Source: a virus
DNA length: 46,330 nucleotides
Virus record (IMG/VR): IMGVR_UViG_3300028706_000433
Reading direction: 5' to 3' (one strand)
The notes beneath the pieces were generated by a model. That model was not told the DNA's origin. It was given only the letters and a program-made list of their open reading frames with translations, and made no database searches. Below, in pieces: positions 37,030 through 45,170 of the stretch (position 1 is its first letter; every line of letters begins with the position of its first letter). The position numbers and the translations under genes are program-made.

Positions 37030-38917
37030 AATAAGTGATATTACAGAAAACCAAGTTAAATTACCGTATAGCACTGGTTTAATTTGGGGATATTGTGCAT
37101 TAGATGACAAAATTAAATCAAATTATGAGTTAGGTGGTTGGATTTATTATAGAGATGTAATAGATAAAATTATGAATAAAATAGATAATCCTTCAGTCGT
37201 TGGATTTTCAAATTTTGTTTGGAATACTCATATAAATTATAAATTAGCCAAAAAAATAAAAGAAAAGTATCCAAATTGTCTTATAGTTTTTGGTGGGCAG
37301 GGCACACCTAAGTCAGATAAAGTTTTTAATTTTTTTATAGAACACCCGTATGTGGATATAACAGTTCACGGTGAAGGAGAGATTTCATTTAAAGAAATAT
37401 TACTTGAGAATTTAAAAGATACCTCAAATTTTAAAAATATTCCCGGAATTACTATTAATGGTGATAAATTTATCACTACATCATCAAGACCAAGAATTAA
37501 AGATATAGATTCAATGCCAAGTCCATATTTAGATGGGTTATTTGATAGTTTAATTAAAATTAAAGACCATAATTATGACTTTGAAGCATGTATTGAAAGT
37601 GTTCGTGGTTGTCCGTATCAATGCACATTTTGTGAAATAGGAGATAAATATTTTCAGAAACTCACAAAACAATCAAACGAAAAAATATTTAAAGAATTAG
37701 ATTGGATATCTAAAAATAAATTATTATTTTTTTATAACGCAGATTCTAATTTTGGATTATTTCCTGAACATCTTGACCAAGTTAGATATATGACAGATTT
37801 AAAGAAGAAAACAGGTTATCCAGATAATATTAGAATAGATTGGGCAAAATCTAGAGCAGATAAAGTTGTTGAATTGGCTAAATTATTGACTAAGGCTAAA
37901 ATGATGAAAGGGATAACGATTGCATTACAGTCCAGGAATCCTGAAGTGTTAAAGGCAGTAAAAAGAAAAAATGTAGATGATGGTAAATTAAAAGAATTTT
38001 TTGATTTATATAAAGATGAAAATTTGGTTAGTTATGTTGAAATAATTCTTGGATTACCTATGGAAACTGTTGAATCATTTAAAGATGGAATTTTTCAGTT
38101 ATTAGATTTGGGATATAATGATTATGTTGATATTCATCCATTGACGGCATTACCCAACACACCATTTTTTGACGCCGAATATATTAAGGAATATGATATT
38201 GATATTGTGGAAACTACTCCAGCATTTTATCATCATGAAAATGCAGATTTATTGAAAAATGAAAGTGAATATATGGTAGTTGGTAGTAAGACAATGACAA
38301 GAGAACAATATATTGAGGCTAGTGTATGGAAGTGGTTATTTATGTTTGGTTATAGTTTAGGGCATTTAAAGTATATATCAAGATTTATAAAAACTGTTAA
38401 GAAAGTATCTTATAAAGAATTTTATGAAAAATTTTATACATATATGGTTGATAATCCTAATAGTTTTATGGGAAAACAATATTTGATAACAAAAAATACT
38501 TTAGGTAAAGTTTTAAGAAAAGAAACTTTATGGGGAAGAGCTGTAGATTTAACTGGAAATTTTTATTGGAATTTTGAAGAAGCCACCGCTTTAGAGGTTG
38601 CATTAAATAGAGATGAGTTTTTTGATAGTGTTAGAGAGTTTTTAAATCAATTTAATTTAAATGAGAAAGTTGAAAATGATATAATAGAATTTCAATCTTC
38701 GATAATAAAGAATCCACTTGAAAAATATCCTATGATGAAAAGGTTTGATTATAATATAAAAGATGTTCTATTCAACAATAAAAAATTAACAAATAGTGGT
38801 TATAATTATCAGTTTGATTCTGAAAATTATAAAAATGATGTTAGAGAATGGGGTACAAAGGCTATATGGTGGGGAAGAAGAAATAAAGGTTTTGAGACAG
38901 TAGTTTATGAAAAATGA
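37004..38917 (+). CDS. B12-binding radical SAM protein
   Basis: PYSTGLIWGY, VVGFSNFVWN, IVFGGQG, VHGEGE; VRGCPYQCTFC. Confidence 0.88.
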   Translation: MKKQVYLFEISDITENQVKLPYSTGLIWGYCALDDKIKSNYELGGWIYYRDVIDKIMNKIDNPSVVGFSNFVWNTHINYKLAKKIKEKYPNCLIVFGGQGTPKSDKVFNFFIEHPYVDITVHGEGEISFKEILLENLKDTSNFKNIPGITINGDKFITTSSRPRIKDIDSMPSPYLDGLFDSLIKIKDHNYDFEACIESVRGCPYQCTFCEIGDKYFQKLTKQSNEKIFKELDWISKNKLLFFYNADSNFGLFPEHLDQVRYMTDLKKKTGYPDNIRIDWAKSRADKVVELAKLLTKAKMMKGITIALQSRNPEVLKAVKRKNVDDGKLKEFFDLYKDENLVSYVEIILGLPMETVESFKDGIFQLLDLGYNDYVDIHPLTALPNTPFFDAEYIKEYDIDIVETTPAFYHHENADLLKNESEYMVVGSKTMTREQYIEASVWKWLFMFGYSLGHLKYISRFIKTVKKVSYKEFYEKFYTYMVDNPNSFMGKQYLITKNTLGKVLRKETLWGRAVDLTGNFYWNFEEATALEVALNRDEFFDSVREFLNQFNLNEKVENDIIEFQSSIIKNPLEKYPMMKRFDYNIKDVLFNNKKLTNSGYNYQFDSENYKNDVREWGTKAIWWGRRNKGFETVVYEK

Positions 38918-40025
38918 AATACGAGAGGTTTGTAAAAAGTTTGGTAAATTAATAGGTAATGATATAAGAGATACATGGGATCTTTTAAATGATTCAAATA
39001 TAATTTCAAATTTAACCGATGATATAGTACATAGAGTTAATAACGAATCAAATTATTATTTATTAATAGATTGGATAACCGATTCAGATGTAAAGAGATT
39101 TATTTCTGATTTAGAAAAAGTTATAGATTTACGAGGAATAAAAAAAGATAAAGTTATGGTTTTAATTAATAGAAATCTTTCATTACCACAAACTGAAATA
39201 AAGTTTGTAAGTACTGATTATTTAATGTATAAGGTAGGATTACATTTTAATAGACAAGATAATATTAAGAGGTTTTATAAAGATTTAAGTTTTTTAACTG
39301 ATAAAAGAGAAAAGAAAATTTTATCGTTAAATAGACGATTGAATAATTGTTGGCATAGAGTATTGTTATTAGCATTATCAAGTAAACATAACTTATTTGA
39401 AACTAATTATATCACCTATAATTTAGACCCAGAGTTTGATTCAGAAGTACCACCATTAAATGAATTGATAAATTTAACCGCTCAACCAAAAGGAAGTTAT
39501 AATTTAATATCACAAAAAGAATTATATTCAGAGATGGATAAGTTAGTAAAAAATAAAAAAAATGTATATGAATCTTTTTCTCATGAGAGTCCTGGATATA
39601 TTTTTACTGTTAGAGATGAGACGGTTGATATTTATAAGAGTAGTTATATCAGTTTAGTTACTGAGACGTTTTTTTATGAGGCTGATTATATTATAACAGA
39701 AAAAGTTTATAAACCTATTATACATTATCATCCATTTATAGTTTTAGGTAGTCCATATACTTTAAAACATATGAGAAGTATAGGATTTAAAACATTTGGA
39801 GATTTTTGGGACGAGAGTTATGATGAAGAAGAAAATAACGATAAGAGATTTGAAAAAGTTTTTAACTTATTGATGAAATTTGATAAAATGCCTATTGAAG
39901 AATTACATAAGTTATATATTGATATGATTCCTACATTAAAATATAACTATGATTTGATAGTTGAACGAGGTAGTATGAAACATTTAACCGAGAATTTAGA
40001 AAAAAATATAACAGAGGAAAAATGA
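38907..40025 (+). CDS. Uncharacterised GT-B-like family protein, copy 6
   Basis: LSLNRR..HR...YISLVTET...IITEKVYKPIIHYHPFIVLG...GFKTFGDFWDESYD. Confidence 0.55.
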   Translation: MKNEIREVCKKFGKLIGNDIRDTWDLLNDSNIISNLTDDIVHRVNNESNYYLLIDWITDSDVKRFISDLEKVIDLRGIKKDKVMVLINRNLSLPQTEIKFVSTDYLMYKVGLHFNRQDNIKRFYKDLSFLTDKREKKILSLNRRLNNCWHRVLLLALSSKHNLFETNYITYNLDPEFDSEVPPLNELINLTAQPKGSYNLISQKELYSEMDKLVKNKKNVYESFSHESPGYIFTVRDETVDIYKSSYISLVTETFFYEADYIITEKVYKPIIHYHPFIVLGSPYTLKHMRSIGFKTFGDFWDESYDEEENNDKRFEKVFNLLMKFDKMPIEELHKLYIDMIPTLKYNYDLIVERGSMKHLTENLEKNITEEK

Positions 40026-40231
40026 AAATAGAATTACCAAATAATAAATATGTTATAACAGAAAGAGATATTTGTGATATTCTTATAGCATATAACAATC
40101 AGGACTATGATTGGATTTTAGATTTTTTTGAAACGTTACATCCGATTGAACATATGGATGAATTAGAAACATATACGTTTGAACAAATAATAGCTAATGC
40201 GGGGATAGTATCATATCAAGGAAAAAAATAG
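40022..40231 (+). CDS. Hypothetical protein, 69 aa
   Basis: ATGA overlap with the upstream gene; acidic; no recognised motif. Confidence 0.6.
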   Translation: MKIELPNNKYVITERDICDILIAYNNQDYDWILDFFETLHPIEHMDELETYTFEQIIANAGIVSYQGKK

Positions 40232-40926
40232 CTTTCTGTGGTGACAGTTTTGTAGTAGATTTTAGTCCCCTGAGTTGGCCGTCGAGAATAGTTAAAAAAT
40301 ATAATGCAGAAATTTTATGTAAGGGAACATCTGGGTTATCTTTATTTCATGCCTACGAGAGAATGATTGAAAATATTAAGGAGGCCGATTTAATAATATT
40401 TTGTATCACAGATCCAAGTAGGTTATCTAATCCATTTAAATTACCAATTACAATTAATCAAGGGATGGATAAAAATGCATTTATTGAAATACAAGATGAT
40501 AAGCGATATTCTCATAGTCATGGAATATTACCGTCAGTATTTAATTATAAGGAATTACAAACTGCAGTAAAATATTATTATAAAATGTTATATGATGATT
40601 CACATATGGAAACAACACATAGAGGATTATTGAGAGAAATAGAAAGTGTAGTGAAGAAATATAATAAAAAATGTATATTTTTAAAATGTTTTTCAGAAAG
40701 TTTTCCTGATTATATACCAGAAAATGTTGTTTGGGGAAATTTATATTTGTATGAAGATATTTCTATGAAAGAACCTAATTTTGATTCGAACACTATATCA
40801 AAGGATGATAGGAAAAATCATTTAAATGATAAAAATAATTATAATATGTATTTGTTTTTAAAAGATATTATAGACAGAGACGATTTCACACCGAGAGAAA
40901 TAAAGATGGAGAAATATTTCGAATGA
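40213..40926 (+). CDS. SGNH/GDSL-like protein (start codon non-canonical or mutated)
   Basis: KKIAFCGDSF (block I) lies about 45 codons upstream of the first ATG (40363). Frame is open from 40198. Candidate starts are ATC 40210, ATA 40213 or a mutated ATG (AGG) at 40219. C-terminal KNHL. Confidence 0.65.
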   Translation: MSRKKIAFCGDSFVVDFSPLSWPSRIVKKYNAEILCKGTSGLSLFHAYERMIENIKEADLIIFCITDPSRLSNPFKLPITINQGMDKNAFIEIQDDKRYSHSHGILPSVFNYKELQTAVKYYYKMLYDDSHMETTHRGLLREIESVVKKYNKKCIFLKCFSESFPDYIPENVVWGNLYLYEDISMKEPNFDSNTISKDDRKNHLNDKNNYNMYLFLKDIIDRDDFTPREIKMEKYFE

Positions 40927-41705
40927 AAACCCTATTAACAAGTGGTTGTAGTTTTACTGAAGATAGACCAGGTGGATTTTCTTGGCCAAATCTCATATCT
41001 AAACAAATGAATACAAAATTAGTTAATCTTGGTTCTGGTATGAGTGGAAATTCCTTTATAGCAAAACAGTTAATAAATACAATATCCCATCATTATATGG
41101 ATGAAAAAGATTTAGTGGTTGGGGTGATGTGGACTGATGTTAGTAGAAAAGATATTTTGATTAGTAGAAAAGAAACATTAAAATGGGGAGAGATTAAAAA
41201 ACAACCCAGTAAGTTATGGTTAGATCAAGTTATTGATGATAAATTAACATATCCAACTGTGACGATGAGTGGAGAGGCTTATAAAAAATCAAAAGATATC
41301 AATAGTTTATGGATGAAAAGTGGGATGCATAATTGGGTAGAAGCGGATACAGAATTTTGGAAAACTTGGTATACAGATTATTATACCTTTGAAGGAATGT
41401 TTTGGGAAACATTAGAAAATATATTGAGAACACAATGGTTTTTAGAAAAATATAATATACCATATTTTATGACAAGCTTAAATGATTTATTTACAGAAGG
41501 GTTATCCAAATACGAAGAACCAAAACATTTATATGATTTAATTGATATGGATAAGTTTTGTTTATATGATGGAACAAAAGGTATATATGAACATAATATA
41601 GAAAATAATATCCCATTCGATCATACAATACATTCTACACGAGAAGGACACGAAGCATTTTGTGCAGATGTTATTACACCAAAAGTAGAGGAATACTTTA
41701 AATGA
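40923..41705 (+). CDS. SGNH/GDSL-like protein
   Basis: LLTSGCSFT, GMSGN, C-terminal IHS..GH; clearly related to 22936..23766 (LEN/HILRxQWF). Confidence 0.55.
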   Translation: MKTLLTSGCSFTEDRPGGFSWPNLISKQMNTKLVNLGSGMSGNSFIAKQLINTISHHYMDEKDLVVGVMWTDVSRKDILISRKETLKWGEIKKQPSKLWLDQVIDDKLTYPTVTMSGEAYKKSKDINSLWMKSGMHNWVEADTEFWKTWYTDYYTFEGMFWETLENILRTQWFLEKYNIPYFMTSLNDLFTEGLSKYEEPKHLYDLIDMDKFCLYDGTKGIYEHNIENNIPFDHTIHSTREGHEAFCADVITPKVEEYFK

Positions 41706-43192
41706 AAATATTAGGAATAAACGCTTTAAACCACGATGCAGCCATAACTATGATAGAAGATGGTGAGATATTATTTGCTGCACATAGTGAACGTTATAGT
41801 GGTATTAAAAACGACCCTGATTTGAATCAACCACTATTTAGTGATTGTTTTAAATATGGTAGACCAGATAAGGTAGTATATTATGAAAGACCATATCTAA
41901 AAAAGTTAAGACAATTAAGAGCAGGTCAATACGGTGAAGTATTATCTCGTAAAAATTTACCATCTTATTATTTAAGAGATTTTGTTGGAAATACACCAAT
42001 AGAATATGTACAACATCACACATCTCACGCAGCAGCAGGTTATTTTACATCACCTTATGAAGAATCTGCAATTGTGGTTATAGATGCTATGGGAGAATGG
42101 GAAACTTGTTCTATTTGGTATGCGTATGGGGGACATTTAGAAAAACGATACTCGATAAGATATCCAAACTCATTAGGATTGTGGTATAGTGCAATGACTC
42201 AACGATTAGGATTGAAACCACAAGAAGATGAATACATTCTTATGGGAATGGCAGGTTGGGGAACGGTTGATAAAGAATTAAAACAGAATATACGGAATGA
42301 TTTTTTCAAAGAGACACCATTACCTATTAGATTAACACAAAATCTACATAGAGGATGTTTAGATTGGAATCCAACATACTACCCAGATGATGATAGTGAA
42401 CAATGGAAATTTGATATAGCCGCCAATGTACAGAGTATTTGTGAAGATGAGATATATAGTGTATTTGAATTGGCCCAAAGATTAGTTCCCGAAACAGATA
42501 ATTGTGTATATGGTGGTGGAGTTGCATTGAACTGTGTAGCCAATAGTATTATTGCAGAAGAGTTATATCCTAATTTATGGATATTACCAAACCCAGGAGA
42601 TGCAGGTAGTTCGTTAGGATGTGCGGCATATGCTTTCGGAGAGCACGTGAATTGGAAAACACCATTTACAGGTTATGATATAGGTGGCCGTTATCCAAGA
42701 AAGAAAGTATTAGATGAATTACTTCTAACTAACATAGTTGGAGTTGCAAATGGTAGAGCTGAGTTTGGGCCGCGCGCATTGGGCAATCGATCGCTGTTGG
42801 CTGATCCTCGTGGTAAGAAAATTAAAGATAAAGTGAATAAAATCAAACATAGACAAGAATTTAGACCATTTGCACCTGCAGTATTGGAAGAACACGCTCA
42901 TGAACTATTTGATATGCCCGTTAAGAAGAGTCAATTTATGCAATTTGTAGCAAAGTGTAAATATCCAAAGAAATATCCAGCTATATGTCATATAGATGGT
43001 ACTTCGAGAGTTCAAACTGTTTCTAAGGAAGATAATCTTGGATTTTACAAGTTAATTAAGGAATTTTACAAAAAAACGGGGTGTCCTATGGTATTAAACA
43101 CAAGTTTAAACATAAAAGGACAACCAATTGTGAATTCTTACATAGATGCGACTGCATTTTCTAAAAAATATGGAGTAAAGGTCTTTTCTTGA
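41702..43192 (+). CDS. Carbamoyltransferase (NodU/CmcH/TobZ family)
   Basis: HDAA, HHTSHAA, DAMGE, GGVALNC, PGDAG, GRAEFGPRALGNRS, FRPFAP, HIDGTSRVQ, LNTSLN. Confidence 0.92.
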   Translation: MKILGINALNHDAAITMIEDGEILFAAHSERYSGIKNDPDLNQPLFSDCFKYGRPDKVVYYERPYLKKLRQLRAGQYGEVLSRKNLPSYYLRDFVGNTPIEYVQHHTSHAAAGYFTSPYEESAIVVIDAMGEWETCSIWYAYGGHLEKRYSIRYPNSLGLWYSAMTQRLGLKPQEDEYILMGMAGWGTVDKELKQNIRNDFFKETPLPIRLTQNLHRGCLDWNPTYYPDDDSEQWKFDIAANVQSICEDEIYSVFELAQRLVPETDNCVYGGGVALNCVANSIIAEELYPNLWILPNPGDAGSSLGCAAYAFGEHVNWKTPFTGYDIGGRYPRKKVLDELLLTNIVGVANGRAEFGPRALGNRSLLADPRGKKIKDKVNKIKHRQEFRPFAPAVLEEHAHELFDMPVKKSQFMQFVAKCKYPKKYPAICHIDGTSRVQTVSKEDNLGFYKLIKEFYKKTGCPMVLNTSLNIKGQPIVNSYIDATAFSKKYGVKVFS

Positions 43193-43222
43193 TGTAAAAG
43201 TATGTATATTTTTGTAAGTTAA

Positions 43223-43254
43223 TATTTATTACTGAATAACTGCAATCATTGGAG
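43223..43254 (+). promoter_or_regulatory. Putative promoter motif TATTTATT and GGAG RBS ahead of the modular-protein cluster
   Basis: Same TATTTAT core as 21285-21292; GGAG 43251-43254, 7 nt before ATG 43262. Confidence 0.35.
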
Positions 43255-43261
43255 TAAATAA

Positions 43262-44269
43262 ATGTCAGATGCTTTGGAAGTTTTAAAACGCATAGTGCGT
43301 GAAGAATATAAGAATATAATAGATGGTGTAAATATACATCCAAGTGGATTTAGAGATTATGCACCAGAAGAAGATTCAGATTTTGATGAACCACATAGTA
43401 CTGAAAAAATGGAATCCGTAAATGAAAAAAAAATAGTAAATTCAGCTTTAAGAAAGAATATTACATCTACATTTAAAGATTTAGATAAAAAATTTCCAAA
43501 GAAAGCTCCTCGAAGCCAACTAAAAAAAATAACAGATTATTTAGCATCTAAATATCCAATATACAATCCCAGAAAATACCCAGGATTAAGTTATTTATCT
43601 GCTATGATAGCAAATGAGTTTTATAATTATAGACAAGGTAAAAAAAGTATAAAGCGTGCTATTTCGAGTGTTATAAATGTACAAAGAGGATATCCATCTC
43701 TTGAATCCATTAAAGAAGGAAAACTTACAAATAAAGAGTGTTGTGATAATTGTAAAGAAGGACATACTTGTTGTTCCGTAACTGAGAAAAAAACAATGAA
43801 AATAACTAAAACGAGAATTAAAGAAATAATTAAAGAAGAAATTCAGTCAGTATTAACAGAGGGAACTCGTTGGTCGGTTGGTATTGAAGCACCGAGTGGT
43901 AAAATAGCATCTACCTATGGACATTATGATGGTTACCCAGAATATGCAGGTAAAATGTTAAAACGGTATTATTCCAATACTGGTAAAGTTAAACAATTAA
44001 TGAAACTTGGCAAACAAGGTATTTCTACTATTGATAAAAGTATTAAGGGTGGTGATGACCATTCATTTGGACACCCAAAAAAAGGTGAAACAGTATTTTA
44101 TGGTCGTGATAGAGGTTCAAAAAGTAGTATGTCGAGCACATGGAGAAATAGAGATAAATTAAAATTTAATAGTGGTGATGAATTCGCATATATTTGGTCT
44201 GTAAAAGATAAAAAATGGTATTATAAATCACGATACAGTAATCCACAAGATTGGACGGAGTTAAAATAA
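43262..44269 (+). CDS. Modular protein (putative protease-processed internal head polyprotein) with C-terminal HxDGYP domain
   Basis: Segments separated by ESVNE, ESIKE, SVTE and SVLTE; CCDNC..HTCC motif; final domain GTRWSVG...YGHYDGYPE...FAYIW. Confidence 0.6.
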   Translation: MSDALEVLKRIVREEYKNIIDGVNIHPSGFRDYAPEEDSDFDEPHSTEKMESVNEKKIVNSALRKNITSTFKDLDKKFPKKAPRSQLKKITDYLASKYPIYNPRKYPGLSYLSAMIANEFYNYRQGKKSIKRAISSVINVQRGYPSLESIKEGKLTNKECCDNCKEGHTCCSVTEKKTMKITKTRIKEIIKEEIQSVLTEGTRWSVGIEAPSGKIASTYGHYDGYPEYAGKMLKRYYSNTGKVKQLMKLGKQGISTIDKSIKGGDDHSFGHPKKGETVFYGRDRGSKSSMSSTWRNRDKLKFNSGDEFAYIWSVKDKKWYYKSRYSNPQDWTELK

Positions 44270-44352
44270 TGATAAAATTAAAAGAATTAATAAAAGAACA
44301 CGCATGGAAAAGAAAATTTGGAGAACCTTTACCAACATTAGAAACCTCTACT
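44257..44352 (+). repeat. 96-nt direct repeat (RBS plus shared leader), copy 1
   Basis: Matches 44588-44683 with 4 mismatches by manual comparison. Confidence 0.85.
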
Positions 44353-44595
44353 GAAAAGCATAAAGTTAAAAAAGTAAATGAGGGTGGTATGGGTATATTA
44401 TCTTCCGACCAAGCCGATGTATTACAGGGTATAGTAATGAGAAATAAAAATAAAAATACAAAGGCTATTTTAAATGTTGCATTAAAAAGTGGATTTTTTA
44501 AGGGAGTTGATAAAAAAGAATTATTAGGATATATTGATGGTGCAAGACAATTCGTTAAATATATGAAAAGTCATCCAATGGAAAATAGGAGTTAA
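44269..44595 (+). CDS. Small protein with MIKLKELIKE leader (putative capsid-targeted internal protein)
   Basis: TAATG overlap gives ATG 44269; MIKLKELIKE-HAWKRKFGEPLPTLE...KVNE, then a unique domain. Confidence 0.7.
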   Translation: MIKLKELIKEHAWKRKFGEPLPTLETSTEKHKVKKVNEGGMGILSSDQADVLQGIVMRNKNKNTKAILNVALKSGFFKGVDKKELLGYIDGARQFVKYMKSHPMENRS

Positions 44596-44683
44596 AGTAA
44601 TGATAAAATTAAAAGAATTAATAAAAGAACACTCTTGGAAAAGAAAATTTGGAGAACCTTTACCAACATTAGAATCCTCTACT
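44588..44683 (+). repeat. 96-nt direct repeat, copy 2
   Basis: See copy 1. Confidence 0.85.
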
Positions 44684-44878
44684 AAGAAACATGAGGCTAC
44701 TATAAATGAAAGAAATCCAGATGCTGAATTATATAAAAAGTTAGGAAAAATTGGAACTGATGTAGGTAATCTCGTGAAAAAGTATGAGAAAATGGCAGAT
44801 ACAGATAAGGCCTTAACTACTTTTATGGTAGGTTTACATAGTATGTTAAGTAAAATGGGATATAAGGAATTTAAATAA
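44600..44878 (+). CDS. Small protein with MIKLKELIKE leader (putative capsid-targeted internal protein)
   Basis: MIKLKELIKE-HSWKRKFGEPLPTLE...TINE, then a unique domain. Confidence 0.7.
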   Translation: MIKLKELIKEHSWKRKFGEPLPTLESSTKKHEATINERNPDAELYKKLGKIGTDVGNLVKKYEKMADTDKALTTFMVGLHSMLSKMGYKEFK

Positions 44879-45165
44879 TGATAAAATTAAAAGAAATATT
44901 AACAGAAAAGAAAGAACTTGGTGGAGCTCTTATTAATAAAATAGAGCGACTTACTGATGTAAATAATCATACAGAAGCTAGAATAATTTTGGCAAAAGAA
45001 GTAGATAAAAAATTAGAACAAGCATATAAAGGACTTAATATAGTTCAAGATTATTTAAGACGAGCAAATGAAACAAATATTGCTCGAAACGCATTAGACA
45101 AAAAATTATTCGCATATGCTAAAAAGAAATTTAGTGATTATGATTCTATAGAGAGAGCATTTTAA
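44878..45165 (+). CDS. Small protein with MIKLKEILTE leader (putative capsid-targeted internal protein)
   Basis: TAATG overlap; third copy of the MIKLKE leader. Confidence 0.7.
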   Translation: MIKLKEILTEKKELGGALINKIERLTDVNNHTEARIILAKEVDKKLEQAYKGLNIVQDYLRRANETNIARNALDKKLFAYAKKKFSDYDSIERAF

Positions 45166-45170
45166 TTAAA

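Noticed and set aside
1-43192. Cellular O-antigen or capsule locus
   Set aside because: No Wzx/Wzy/Wzz/ABC exporter or membrane priming GT is visible, and the adjacent genes look like phage head-associated proteins. The origin remains an inference until the full contig is examined.
175-43343. Short minus-strand and nested plus-strand ORFs in the track (e.g. 175..417, 3314..3541, 4546..4740, 4904..5101, 10149..10463, 12767..13081, 13920..14285, 24539..24829, 27444..27737, 31714..31956, 42327..42527, 43161..43343)
   Set aside because: All overlap long, motif-bearing + strand genes, show no recognisable motifs or RBS, and have shadow-ORF composition.
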